Shown here one piece after another: positions 50,336 through 62,764 of a stretch of 64,000 nt of DNA. The stretch is taken from positions 9,672,001-9,736,000 of the forward strand of contig CATNEN010000039.1 of assembly GCA_950097015.1 (NCBI GenBank), in the 5' to 3' direction. The DNA is from Macrostomum hystrix (taxonomy: Eukaryota > Animalia > Platyhelminthes). A model generated the notes under the pieces. It did no database searches and had not been told where the DNA came from. It was given only the letters and a program-made list of their open reading frames with translations. A program made the position numbers and the translations under genes. Position 1 is the first letter of the stretch. Each line of letters opens with the position of its first letter.

Positions 50336-51043
50336 TACATAGGGAAGACCTTAACTAAAACAAAAAAGTATAAAAATAATGCATATAGCTTCTACCTAAA
50401 ATATAGGGCATAAGTATTATGAGTAGTTTTTATCGGGACAACGTCAAATATAGAGCGAAGACTTGACAATCGGGCAGAAAAAAGTGGTATTAAAAAAGCA
50501 GAAATCGAAAAACCAAAGAAATGAAAGGATAAAAAAGCTTGGCTATTACCTTAAGTTGCACAGCTGTCTTACAGTAATTTAGACAATGAAAGAATACAAA
50601 GGCAGTTTATAGTCAGTTTCGAATGTGAAAAAATATACAAACATAAATAATTAGTTCCACAATTAGACTCGCAACAGCCTATTATAAGTAGCACAGTTGA
50701 AAAAAAGACGACAACACACACGCGAGATGCTGAAAGAAGACTGGGCAAACTAGATGAAGCCTAAATGATGCCTATTTAGCCTTGGGCAGGGCTTGTTGCG
50801 GAAAGCATCAATTACCGGAAATACAAAAGTGAAATAAAAATAGGCAAAAAGTGTGACAAAGATATATCATCAGATTGTACTTATTGGAGAATTAAAAAAT
50901 GAAATAAAAGCAACAGAAACAGGCTTACACCCGCACACAGTTTAAGGTACAGAAAAATTTAAACTGGGACACAACAGAAAGCAACGAGGCTGCATATATT
51001 TTGCGGCGCGTTCAAGCAGTTTCTATTTGCACAATAATCAAGA

Positions 51044-51947
51044 CTAATTATAGCTTGCCCTATAGCCGTTGTATTCCTGCATTGGGTAGGGCTTGGGGTG
51101 GCTGGACTGAAGCTGCTGGCTGACCACCTGCGGAATCGGTACAATGATGCGATTTATTGTACTGGAGAAATCACAATAAAATCTACAAACTAAATACGCA
51201 TTGAATCGACAAGGGAAATCCCCTCTGAATCTACAAAGGAAAACCACACTGAATCTACAAGGAAAATCCAGATTGAATCTACAAGGGAAATCCCAATTAA
51301 ATTTGAAAGGGAAATCCCAATTAAATCTACAAGGGAAATCCCAATTAAATTTGAAAGGGAAATCCAAATTAAATCTACTAGGGAAATCCCAATTAAATCC
51401 ACAAGGGAAATCCAAATTAAATTTAAAAGGGAAATCCAAACTGAATCTACAAGGGAAATCCCAATAAAATCTACTAAGGAAATACCAATTAAATCCACAA
51501 GGGAAATCCAAATTAAATTTAAAAGGGAATTCCAAACTGAATCTACAGGGGAAATCCAAATTGAATCTACAAGGGAAATCCAAATTAAATCTACTAGGGA
51601 AATCCCAATTAAATCCACAAGGGAAATCCAAATTAAATTTAAAAGGGAAATCCAAACTGAATCTACAGGGGAAATCCAAATTGAATCTACAAGGGAAATC
51701 CAAATTAAATCTACTAAGGAAATACCAATTAAATCCACAAGGGAAATCCAAATTAAATTTAAAAGGGAAATCCAAGCTGAAATATACAAGGGTAATCCCA
51801 AATAAACCTACGGTTATCATATAAAATAGGGAGTTCTTCTAGGCCTCTTACCCCGTGCTGATGATAGCCTCGCTGCTCTGTGGTATTTGGCATCTGCTGC
51901 AGCCGCATGCGTTTAGCCGCTGGTTCGCAGGCGGCTGTGGATGCCGC

Positions 51948-51987
<40 letters not shown>

Positions 51988-52452
51988 TGCACTGGCTGTG
52001 ACTGCTGTTGCTGTTGTTGCTGCTGCTGCTGAAATTAGAAGGTTAAGAAAATAAGACAGTGATTGAGCACATTGTGAGACAATAGACAGAGCGAAAGGCA
52101 ATAGACAGACTCAGTACCCAGTAAAAAAAGCAACAATACGCAAAGTTGAAGATGGCTTTAAAAGCGAATAAGCAGCACATGTTAGAAGCGATTAAACAGT
52201 GCTAAAACAGGAAACAGGAAATTTTAAAAGCGCAGAAAAAAACGATAAAATGATTCATAGAGTACTTTGTAACAACACACATCCAGACTACTCTCACAAT
52301 TCTTGAGAGCTCGAAACAAAGTTAACAGATGATTACCGAGCTCCGTGAGCAGCTGTATCCGTTACTGCCGCCACTGCCAAAACTAAAATGACTAGCGGAG
52401 ATGGCAGCAACAGCGGCAGCGGCAGCAGGGGCAGCGTGATGCTGAGAGAAAG

Positions 52453-52493
<41 letters not shown>

Positions 52494-55400
52494 GCCACTG
52501 CCTGTTGCCGGGCGCGGCTGGCGAATTGAAACTGAATGCGGGATTATAGCAAACTAATAAGATGGCGAGTCAATCTACTGCATAGTTACTCCAATGAGCA
52601 GCTTACCCTGGCCGATTCCTCCTTGTCCGCGCTGTCGCTGATGAAATCCCGCTTGCCGTAGGGGATGTCCAAGTCGCCGAATATGTCCGCAGAGGGGCGC
52701 GGCTCCTCTAGGAAGTATCTGGGAGATTTGGCGAACAGGGTAGAAAATCGATAATTGATAGAGAAAATGATTCTTGAAATGTCCAATTTCATACATCATA
52801 TACATACATCAATATATCAATACATCAATACACCAATCAATATATATCTATCAATATACCAATACAACAATCAAATATATCAATACGCCAATCAATGTAC
52901 CAATACACCTATCAATACATCAATACATCAATTCGCAAATTAGCATATCAATATACTGATACGACGAACCAATCACCAGAAGGCAGTTAAAAAAAATGGA
53001 AAAAACATGGAGTCAATCAGAGCTCCTAACCTGTCCTCCAGCGCGTCCTTAGCCGTGGGCCGCTTCAACGGATCCATAGCCAGCAGCCGGCTGAGCAGTC
53101 GAAACTCCGGCCCGTTCGCCGGCAAGCCGAACCGGCCGCCCAGGTAGGCCTCCAGGCTGCAGCGTGAGTACTGCTGACCGTTGCCAAAGTTGCGCGTCAG
53201 TTCAGCGTACTTGGGCAGATGGGGCAGGTCGCGCCAGTCCTGCTGACTGGGGAAGCCCATGACGTTGAAGATGCGCTCCAGCTGGTCACGGTTATAGGGG
53301 CTGCTGGTTTTAATGTCCTCCTCCTGTTTGCAGTGGAACAGCGGCTCGTAGGTAATGAGCTCGGCCATGATGCAGCCGATTGCCCACAGGTCGATGGCCT
53401 TGGTGTAGTGCCTGGCTCCCAGGAGCAGCTCTGGTGCGCGGTACCAGAAGGTCACCACAACCGGGTCGATCTCCGTCAGGGGCGTCAGCGGCTGGTGAAA
53501 TAGGCGAGCCAGGCCCAGATCGGCAATCTTGACACGGCCGCGTTCGGGCGAGCCGGCGCCCATCACCAGAATGTTGGCTGGCTGCAGGGCGTTTGGGAGA
53601 GAGTGGATATTAGTAAGGAGAGAGCGGATATTAGTAAGGAGAGAGCGGATATTAGTAACGAGAGAGCGGATATTAGTAACGAGAGAGCGGATTTTAGTAA
53701 GGAGAGAGCCGACATTAGTAACGAGAGAGCGGATATTAGTAACGAGAGAGCGGATATTAGTAACGAGAGACCGGATATTAGTAAGGAGAGAGTGGATATT
53801 AGTAAGGAGAGAGCGGGTATTAGTAAGGAGAGAGCGGATATTAGTAAGGAGAGAGCGGATATTAGTAAGGAGAGAGTGGATATTAGTAAGGAGAGAGCGG
53901 ATATTAGTAGCGAGAGAGCGGATATTAGCAGGGAGAGAGCGGATATTGACAGGGAGGGGATATTGCTAGGGGAGAGCTGATATAGATAAGGAGAGAGCGG
54001 ACTTCGGTGATATTTTGTAAAAAATAATTTAGGACTAGCCAATAACTGAAAAACATTACGAGTTTTTATACAACTGTTAATCGCGTAAAGAACCAAATCA
54101 AATCTAAATAACAAAACAGGCATGATCATGCTATTGGGATTTTATTTTTATAATAGTTAAAATATTGGACAGTGCAAAAAACAAGGTACACACAAGCACA
54201 CAAAGGCCACAAGCTTATCAGAGATCCCATCAGCTAGGATCAGAGATCCCATCAGCTAGGATCAGAGATCCCATCAGCTAGGATCAGAGATCCCATCAGC
54301 TAGGATCAGAGATCCCATCAGCTAGGATCAGAGATCCCATCAGCTAGGATCAGAGATCCCATCAGCTAGGATCAGAAATCCCATCAGCTAGGATCAGAAA
54401 TCCCATCAGCTAGGATCAGAAATCCCATCAGCTAGGATCAGAGATCCCATCAGCTAGGATCAGAGATCCCATCAGCTAGGATCAGAGATCCCATCAGCTA
54501 GGATCAGAGATCCCATCAGCTAGGATCAGAGATCCCATCAGCTAGGATCAGAGATCCCATCAGCTAGGATCAGAGATCCCATCAGCTAGGATCAGAGATC
54601 CCATCAGCTAGGATCAGAGATCCCATCAGCTAGGATCAGAGATCCCATCAGCTAGGATCAGAGATCCCATCAGCTAGATCCTATTTCAATAATAACATAG
54701 GTAGATTCTATGCGTGCAAAAACACACATGCATAAAAATATAAACAAAACTGACTGATAAATACTTTTTTATGAGCACAACGAGATGAACATTATTTGAA
54801 GTACAAAAATATTTTAACACAAAATGCTCCACCAAAGCTAGTCGGTGTTTGATTTACCTCTGAAATAATATTTATTTATAAACTTTTTTATAATAACGAC
54901 AATTATCGAATACTGAGATCGTTATTACCGATATGGCAGCAAAAAAGTAAAAAAGACAGTGCTTATACTTGAAATCCACGGTTTTGCACAGTAAGAAAAA
55001 AATGAATGATCAACGCACAGATAAACAGACAAACAAACACACAAACAAGGAAATGAAGGACTAGGCAGATAAACACAAGCAAGGACATAAAGGATGAGAC
55101 AGATAAACACACAACAAGAAACGAATGATAAACACACAGACAAACAGATAAACAGACAAACACACACACACAAGAAAATGAAGTATGACACAGATAAACA
55201 CACAGACAAACAGAAAGACAAACAGATAAACAGACAAGCACACATATAAACAGATAAACACACAGATAAACAGATACACACGCAGATAAACAAACAGACA
55301 AGTAAACACAAACACGAAAATGAAGATTCCGACAGATAAACACAAACAAGAAAATGAAGATTGAGACAGATAAACACAAACAAGAAAATGAAGATTCCGA

Positions 55401-56893
55401 CAGATAAACACAAACAAGAAATTGAAGATTCCGACAGATAAACACAAACAAGAAATTGAAGATTCCAACAGATAAACACACAAACAAGAAAATGAAGATT
55501 CCGACAGATAAACACAAACAAGAAATTGAAGATTCCGACAGATAAACACAAACAAGAAATTGAAGATTCCAACAGATAAACACACAAACAAGAAAAAATT
55601 AGGATTGAGACAGATAAACAAACAAACAAGAAAATGAAGATTCCGACAGATAAACACAAACAAGAAAATGAAGATTCCGACAGATGAACACACAAACAAG
55701 AAAAAATTAAGATTGAGACAGATAAACACAAACAGAAAACGAATGATAAACACACAGATTAACAGATAAACACACAGATAAACAGATAAACACACAGATA
55801 AACAGATAAACACACAGATAAACAGATAAACACACAGATAAACAGATAAACACACAGATAAACAAACAGACAGATAAACACAAACAAGAAAATGAAGTTT
55901 GAGACAGATAAACACACAAACAAGAAAATGAAGATTGAGACAGATAAACACACAAACAAGAAAATGAAGATTCCGACAGATAAACACACAAACAAGAAAA
56001 AATTAAGATTGAGACAGATAAACACAAACAGGAAACGAATGATAAACACACAGATTAACAGATAAACACACAGATAAACAGATAAACACACAGATAAACA
56101 AACAGACAGATAAACACAAACAAGAAAATGAAGTTTGAGACAGATAAACACAAACAAGAAAATGAAGTTTGAGACAGATAAACACAAACAAGAAAATGAA
56201 GATTGAGACAGATAAAGACACAAACAGGGAAACGAATGATAAACACTGATTAACAGATAAACAGATAAACACCCAAACAAAAAAGGCCAAAAAACACAAA
56301 AAACAAAGGAAGCTCGATAAGACACTAACCTTGAGATCGCGATGCAGCACCCAGTTGGAGTGCAGGTAATTAATGCCATGCAGTATTTGATGCATGACAC
56401 TCTTGGTGAAGTTCCTTGGCACATTGACTCTCGTATTGTTCTTTCTAGCGCTCATGTGAAAGTTGATGATTCGCCAAAGGTCGTGCTCAGCGTAATCGAA
56501 CAGTAGCCAAATCTGTCTGGTCTCGTGAGACAGGAAGACCTTCTTTAGTGAGATCACATTGGGGTGCTTCAATTCGCGCAGTAGAGCGATCTCTCGGCAA
56601 GCCGACATTGACAAGCCGCTGCCTTCGATCTGTTTCAGGGCGCAGTCACCGGCGCCAGCGTCGTCAGCTTTGCCACCGCGCGGTTTAGTCTTGAACACCT
56701 GGCCGTAGGTGCCCCGTCCCACCTTGCGACCCTCGAATTCGAAGACCTCTTCGACTCGTTGACGGCTGGCCGTCAGCTGGCGCCTGAAGTCCGCGTCCAT
56801 CCAGGCTCGCTGCGGCTGCTTCGCCTGCGACTGGGAGGACGAGGATAAAGAGGCTGCAGCAGCCTGCTGCTGCTGTTGCTGCTGCGAATTCAT
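51044..56893 (-). CDS. CDK8: Mediator kinase CDK8/CDK19; exons 56893-56330, 53581-53031, 52718-52607, 52531-52337, 52028-51852, 51127-51044 (about 560 aa)
   Basis: [37 protein letters not shown]|[39 protein letters not shown]. All junctions are GT-AG and frame-consistent (1683 nt). The last three exons (polyQ tail) are less certain. The start could also be the canonical MDADF at 56800. Confidence 0.94.
51190..51805. repeat. 24 bp minisatellite AAGGGAAATCCAAATTAAATCTAC with a 120 bp higher-order unit, in the last CDK8 intron
   Basis: Blocks starting at 51481, 51601 and 51721 are nearly identical. Confidence 0.93.
53595..54000. repeat. 21 bp minisatellite GATATTAGTAAGGAGAGAGCG abutting the CDK8 exon 2 acceptor
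   Basis: Tandem periodicity. Confidence 0.96.
54217..54678. repeat. 22 bp minisatellite ATCAGAGATCCCATCAGCTAGG
   Basis: Near-perfect tandem copies. Confidence 0.98.
55000..56310. repeat. AC/AG-rich compound repeat (ACAGATAAACAC, ACAAGAAAATGAAGATT) in CDK8 intron 1
   Basis: Low-complexity tandem modules. Confidence 0.92.
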
Positions 56894-56954
56894 CGGAGGC
56901 CGCAGTGGGGCTGGATAGGAAGAGAAAGGGTTATTCACTGTCTTTAAAGGGCCA

Positions 56955-57380
56955 GAATGGATATCCAGTCAATTCTAGTGATGAAATGGAATGGATTGCT
57001 AGTCAATTCTAGTGATGAAATGGAATGGATTGCTAGTCTATTCTAGTGATGAAATGGAATGGATTGCTAGTCTATTCTAGTGATGAAATGGAATGGATTG
57101 CTAGTCTATTCTAGTGATGAAATGGAATGGATTGCTAGTCTATTCTAGTGATGAAATGGAATGGATTGCTAGTCTATTCTAGTGATGAAATGGAATGGAT
57201 TGCTAGTCTATTCTAGTGATGAAACGGAATGGATTGCTAGTCTATTCTAGTGATGAAATGGAATGGATTGCTAGTCTATTCTAGTGATGAAACGGAATGG
57301 ATTGCTAGTCTATTCTAGTGATGAAACGGAATGGATTGCTAGTCTATTCTAGTGATGAAACGGATTGCTAATCTATCTAT
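56955..57380. repeat. 34 bp minisatellite GAATGGATTGCTAGTCTATTCTAGTGATGAAATG
   Basis: Tandem periodicity. Confidence 0.96.
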
Positions 57381-58604
57381 TCTATCAATAATCAGAATGC
57401 ACTGATTGTTCATCAAATCGGAAAAGAAAAAACTCACTTAATAGTGATAAGTATAAGTCGGTATAGAATGGCAAATATTAATTACTGGTCTTACTGAGCT
57501 TAATCAGCGTTAAACATTCACATTTATATTTTCACATATTTTTATAACGCAATATTACGATCCATATGAAGACTCGAAACAGAAATATAGACAAAAAGTT
57601 TCAACGCTTGAAAGAATATTTTTCATTGTTGTTTAAACACACAATATATTTATTAGAATTAGGGAAAAAGTGTGTGTTCAAACGTCCACAAACAATGTTG
57701 GTTGCAGCGAGACAGCGGCAAGGCCATCTAGTTACTAGCCAAGGAGTTAGTAGGAAGCGGCAAAAAAAATATTGAACAGTTTTAGTTCAATCAATTCTAT
57801 CAGCTCTTTTACAAATAAGCGAAGCATAAATAAGAAGTAGAATTTTGTACACCAATCCCAGTTTCTAAATTGTTCAATTCGCGCAGATTTAGTACAGTAC
57901 TAAATTAAGAAGTAAAATGTCTAAAAGTAGACTTTTAGTAGTGTAGGCAATGCATTCTCAAAGGAAAGGAAGGGACAGGTATTACAGATAGGATAACGTG
58001 ACAATTAGTGTGAAAATCTGCAGAAAGCATGATACAGTGAGCATACGCTGCTCAGTAGAAAGTATGCTCACTTAAAGAGCAGTTATAAGGTTACTGAAAT
58101 TAGTAATTTGTTAAAATGATGTGCAAGCCCACAATGGGTTTGCAGTGAAAGCAAGCTAAACAATGATCCGGCTAAGCGCAAGGAACAAAAAATCTGTTTT
58201 TTCTTTTCTGGAAAGGCAGGGCGGGACGACAAAACTAGAATTCAACTAAATTAACTTATGGAAGAGCGAATCAGACCCAGCAGATACTACTGACCAGTAG
58301 CGACCCGCGGCAAAAAACTTTTTTTGCTTTTAAATTAGTGCCAAAAGTTTTGCCAGCGGAAATATATATTTATCTTAGCTGGCGAATTTACAAAGGAAAC
58401 TTTTGTTCTCTTTGACCAAGACACAATAAAATTTATTGCAAACTGAAATAATAAATAACGGCTGCTACGAGCTACTACTTGAGGGCAGTACACGAGTAGT
58501 GTATTGATAGCTACAGGTCAAAATGAACGCAAAAAGATTTCAAAGGAAAAATATTTACTAGGAGGCTTCCGGCCTTACTCTCAATAGTTCGAAGTGATTA
58601 CACT

Positions 58605-61600
58605 TCAGCGATATTCTTCGGCGGCTGCCATGGCCGCCGATTCAAGAATGTCGGACAGCAGCATGGAGCCGTCGACTTGACGATCTTGATTGCGATTAGC
58701 CGAGAATGCGGGAGGAGGCGGCAGCGGAGCCACTGCGGCAGCCGAAGCGGCGGCAGCGCTAGCAGCGACCGTGGCCGCGGCGTGCCTGCGCCTCTGGCGC
58801 TCCAAGCGTCGCTGAAGACGCTCCTCTCGACGTCGCAGACGCCGGTAGCGGCCCTCAAAGTCGCGAGCCCTACGACGAAGTTCCACAGCTGCGGCTGCGG
58901 CTGCGGCGGCCGCGGATTGGTTGTTGGCGGATAGGCCGACAGGCGGCGGAGTCTCCCAGCCCACTGACACGATCATCAAGTCGCTGTCATCGCTGTCAGC
59001 CTCACCGCCGACAGACCTACGACGCCGACGACGACGGCTGTGCCGACCGGCGGACGAAGACGATGAAGAAGGAGGCTTTGGCCGCGTCGATGCGCTTGTG
59101 TCACGGCTTCTGTTTTCTTGAGCCTCATCGCGGCCGTCGTCGCCAGAAGAAGAATCGTTGGCCGTAGTGTCATGGACTGTGCTGACAGAGGGCCCCGGCA
59201 AGCCGCCGGTGCCGTTCAGAAGCTCCGACAGCAGTGGCGCTGCTGACAGGACGCTGGCGCGGCTGGTTGCCAAGCGTTCAGGTTTCACTCGCCCGCGAGT
59301 TAAACGACGCTGAAGTGCAGACGAATCGACCTCATCGGCAGCGCCGGAGTCAGATTCTGATGAAACGCTGATTGGCGACCGCTCCTCCCAGGGCCTCTCG
59401 TAGCCGACGATGACGCAAGAGTCACCGTCGCTTTCAGCGTCGCTATCTCCATCGTTTGCGTCATTGTCGTCGTCGGAATTGTCGGCGCCACTAACAGCAG
59501 CCGAGGTGGACAGCGAGATGGCCATGTTGGCTGACACCGAAGCCACTTCCTCGTCGGCCGCATCCATGTCGCCGTCGTCTGTGACAACGAATTGAATGCT
59601 GCTGTCATTGCTAGCCGCAGCCGAGCCATGCTGATTGGATGTAGAGGACAGCGAAGGCCGCTGAAGTAGCTGCTGCTGCTGACGCTGCAGACTAGACGGA
59701 GGATCTGACTGCTGGCCGCGGTAAGTCCAAGCCGGATCAGTATCCGGCCAGCGACTGTCACCGAATGGCCAATTCGAAGCAGCGGGTTCGTCTAGCCTCT
59801 GTGGAGGAGGCGGGGGCGGCGTCGGCGGCGAAGGAGGAGCTAGACGGTTCGGCAGTCTGGCCGGCCAAGGACTGACGGGCCGCATGTGGCGAAAGATGCC
59901 GCCAAGCAGGAAGTCGTCAAGATCGTCGTCAATTTGTGGCACAGGTCCGACTGACTGCGGTGGAATCGACGGCTGGGTTGGTCTTGGCTGCTGCTGCTGC
60001 TGCTGTTGAGGCTGCGGAAACATCTGTTGGTGCATCGGTCCGTATGTAAACAGATCGAATAAGTTGCGGGACGATGAAGCTTGCCTTTGCTGCTGCTGCT
60101 GCTGCTGTTGCTGCAGATGAGGCTGATATCCGCTGGGCTGAAATGCAGCACCCCTCAGGGGCACCTGCAGCTGGTACTGATGCGGCTGCACAGACAGGAA
60201 CTGTGGCTGGTAGTGCAGCCGGTGGAAATGGTGAGGATGCTGCTGATTCGGGCCGACATTTCCAGTCTCCCCAGAGTCGTCAGGTTCCATCGGCGTCGGT
60301 CCGGGACGTCGGTTGCGCGCCACCAGGCGCAGCTCTTCAGCCAATGGCGCAGTTTCAGCGTCAGTTAGCGGCGCCGGAGGAGGCGACGGCGACTGGCGTG
60401 AAGCGAAAACGGCGGCCTGGTCGAACTGGGCGATGGTTTCATGGCGAGATCGAGCGAATGTCAACAGTTCGTCGCAGAACTGGCGACCAGTGTGGCCGAG
60501 GTAGGCGGACATGACGCGATGAAACAGGCCGGAGTCGATGCGATGATGCCGCACCAGACGGAGAATGTGATGCACAATACGCTGGGACACCATTGGGTCG
60601 AGGCTACCGATACAGGCCAGCTCGCGCATCAGGAAGGGCACCAGACGATGGCGCTGGGTTTCGTTTGAGTCGAAGAACGATGGCGATATGTCGCGTATTA
60701 ATTCGCGTACCTCAGCGTCAACTTGCTGCGGCTGCTGCTGCTGCTGCTGAACTGTGTACAAGCGGCGCTGGTAGAGAAATCTACGATTACGACGCACTTC
60801 GTTTGCGGAGTGATCCGCAGAAGCGGTCGAGTCACGCGGCGCTTGATGACTGTCAGACTGGGACATCGCTGATGATGTGGTACCGGCAGCATCGGATCGA
60901 ATGCGCAGTTGGTAGAACGGATTCTGCTGCAGCTGCTGCTGTCCTTCCGCAGCTGATGCCGGTAGAGGATGCCGATGAGCCGAGGCTAGAGGTGGCGGAA
61001 TGTGCATGTGAAATCCGGGATGAAAATTTTGAGCACCATGCCAACGACTGAGGCCGCTGCCGCTGACACCGACACTGGCTGTCTCCGGAGCGGCGCTGCC
61101 TGTCAAGTCGATGTGAAGCGAAGTGAATCTCTGCTGGTGGTGCCTATAGCCACCGAACAGCTGATCGTAGCTGACCAGGTCCATCAGGCCGCCGCCGCCA
61201 CCGCCGGAGCTGCTGCCGCCATTGCCGTTAGCTGCAGCGGCCGCAGCAGCAGCAGCAGCAGCAGCCGCCGGAGCCCAGTTGGCCATTCTAGAAGCGGCTG
61301 CGGCCACAGCAGCGGCGGCAGCAGCAGCGGCTGAGGCGACCACCGGTACAGAGTACTCATCATAGTCATCGTCGGCACGCACATTGTGAATGATGGAGCT
61401 GAAAGGCCGCTTACACTGCGGACACTCCGGCTTGCGCTTGGACCATTCTAGCAGGCAGGCGAAGCAGTAGCGGTGCAGGCACGAGTACGCGTACGACACA
61501 TTCTCCGGCTCCGACAGGCAGATTGCGCAACGATCGGCCGGAGACGATGGCCTGGAGGCTGGCGAGAGCTTGCCACCGGCTGGCGAATCCGGATCAAGGC

Positions 61601-61694
61601 GAAGGAGTTTTCGAGGCGGCGCCGCTCTCTGGCGATCATCGCCGCCGGGTGGAGCAGAGGAGGCTGAAGATGAGGAGCCACCGGAGGCTGACAT
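58605..61694 (-). CDS. TOPORS: TOPORS RING-type E3 ubiquitin/SUMO ligase, single coding exon (about 1029 aa from MSASGG)
   Basis: C3HC4 RING CAICL...CLHRYCFACLLEWSKRKPECPQCK followed by F.SIIHNVRADDDYDEY; HRLVPFLMREL; SIM-like CVIVGYERPWEERSP. Acceptor ttttcag just upstream (exon from 61717); AATAAA on the minus strand at 58432-58437. Confidence 0.9.
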   Translation of the reverse strand: MSASGGSSSSASSAPPGGDDRQRAAPPRKLLRLDPDSPAGGKLSPASRPSSPADRCAICLSEPENVSYAYSCLHRYCFACLLEWSKRKPECPQCKRPFSSIIHNVRADDDYDEYSVPVVASAAAAAAAAVAAAASRMANWAPAAAAAAAAAAAAANGNGGSSSGGGGGGLMDLVSYDQLFGGYRHHQQRFTSLHIDLTGSAAPETASVGVSGSGLSRWHGAQNFHPGFHMHIPPPLASAHRHPLPASAAEGQQQLQQNPFYQLRIRSDAAGTTSSAMSQSDSHQAPRDSTASADHSANEVRRNRRFLYQRRLYTVQQQQQQPQQVDAEVRELIRDISPSFFDSNETQRHRLVPFLMRELACIGSLDPMVSQRIVHHILRLVRHHRIDSGLFHRVMSAYLGHTGRQFCDELLTFARSRHETIAQFDQAAVFASRQSPSPPPAPLTDAETAPLAEELRLVARNRRPGPTPMEPDDSGETGNVGPNQQHPHHFHRLHYQPQFLSVQPHQYQLQVPLRGAAFQPSGYQPHLQQQQQQQQQRQASSSRNLFDLFTYGPMHQQMFPQPQQQQQQQPRPTQPSIPPQSVGPVPQIDDDLDDFLLGGIFRHMRPVSPWPARLPNRLAPPSPPTPPPPPPQRLDEPAASNWPFGDSRWPDTDPAWTYRGQQSDPPSSLQRQQQQLLQRPSLSSTSNQHGSAAASNDSSIQFVVTDDGDMDAADEEVASVSANMAISLSTSAAVSGADNSDDDNDANDGDSDAESDGDSCVIVGYERPWEERSPISVSSESDSGAADEVDSSALQRRLTRGRVKPERLATSRASVLSAAPLLSELLNGTGGLPGPSVSTVHDTTANDSSSGDDGRDEAQENRSRDTSASTRPKPPSSSSSSAGRHSRRRRRRRSVGGEADSDDSDLMIVSVGWETPPPVGLSANNQSAAAAAAAAAVELRRRARDFEGRYRRLRRREERLQRRLERQRRRHAAATVAASAAAASAAAVAPLPPPPAFSANRNQDRQVDGSMLLSDILESAAMAAAEEYR

Positions 61695-62764
61695 TGCCCT
61701 GCTGGCTGCTGGGATCACTGAAAATTGAAAGCAGTGAAAATGCAAATGTATCCTTTGTCCTACACTGATTATAAAATACTATTTTTAGGCTATCGAAAGT
61801 CATTCTACAAATCGTCTATGGTACAACCTGGGGTAGCTTAAGAATAACTTAATATATTGAAACATATATCGTTAAGCGTGCCTTCATTGCATTTTACACT
61901 TTTCCCGTGAAAATCAACCTTTAATAAATTTTCCGAGAAACGAAATGTCCTGTCCTTTATCTTCTAGTGGTACTTGAGACATATATTGCCCGACACACCC
62001 GCAGGCCTTCTCTCCTTATCTCTGCTGTCTAATGGCCTAACCCATTGTGTAAAGCTAAGCAATAACATAGCAAAATAAGTAAGCAAACAGACAGCTGAAC
62101 TCCATCTGCACAGTGAGATGGCAGGAGTAAGTATTTCGTGTATGTTAAAGTCTCTTTCGCTTAGAATTACAATTAGATCTAGGGGCGCGTTCACGTTAAA
62201 TCATGTTTCTACAAATCGGCTACAATATCTATACACAGGTGAAATACTACCCGACACTGTTATGATTGCATCATAATGATAGAATCTGTTATGCATATCT
62301 TATCGAATATCTATACAGAACATTTAATACATAACAACACGGAAAAGTTGCAAAATATTTGGATATTTTAATTCGGAAAGGTACAATTATTTTCTTTTAC
62401 GAGTATAAACTCATATAATTTAAAAACAACAAACTGAGTCTAAGATGTAGTCAGATTATACTTAATGAGTACCTAATAAAGTACATTCGCTGTACTTGAA
62501 TAACATAAGGTGTTAGTTTGCTATCTTGCCACACAGAAGTACAAATTAGTCGCATAAGTATTAAACTTATGCAATTATTATACAAACTGAGTATATAACA
62601 ATATAGTCGACTTGTACAATAATTTATCAGATCAGTGTCCAGAGGACTTCAAGATTAAGCAAGAAAATATTCTCAGAGGCCTCTTTACATTTAGAACAGG
62701 AAATTGGACTTCCTGTTCTAAATGGTCAGCAAGTTCCTGCATTCAGAATTGGGCTGCCAACACC

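Noticed and set aside
5145-57380. CRISPR-like arrays
   Set aside because: Units are head-to-tail with no unique spacers, there are no cas genes, and the context is eukaryotic.
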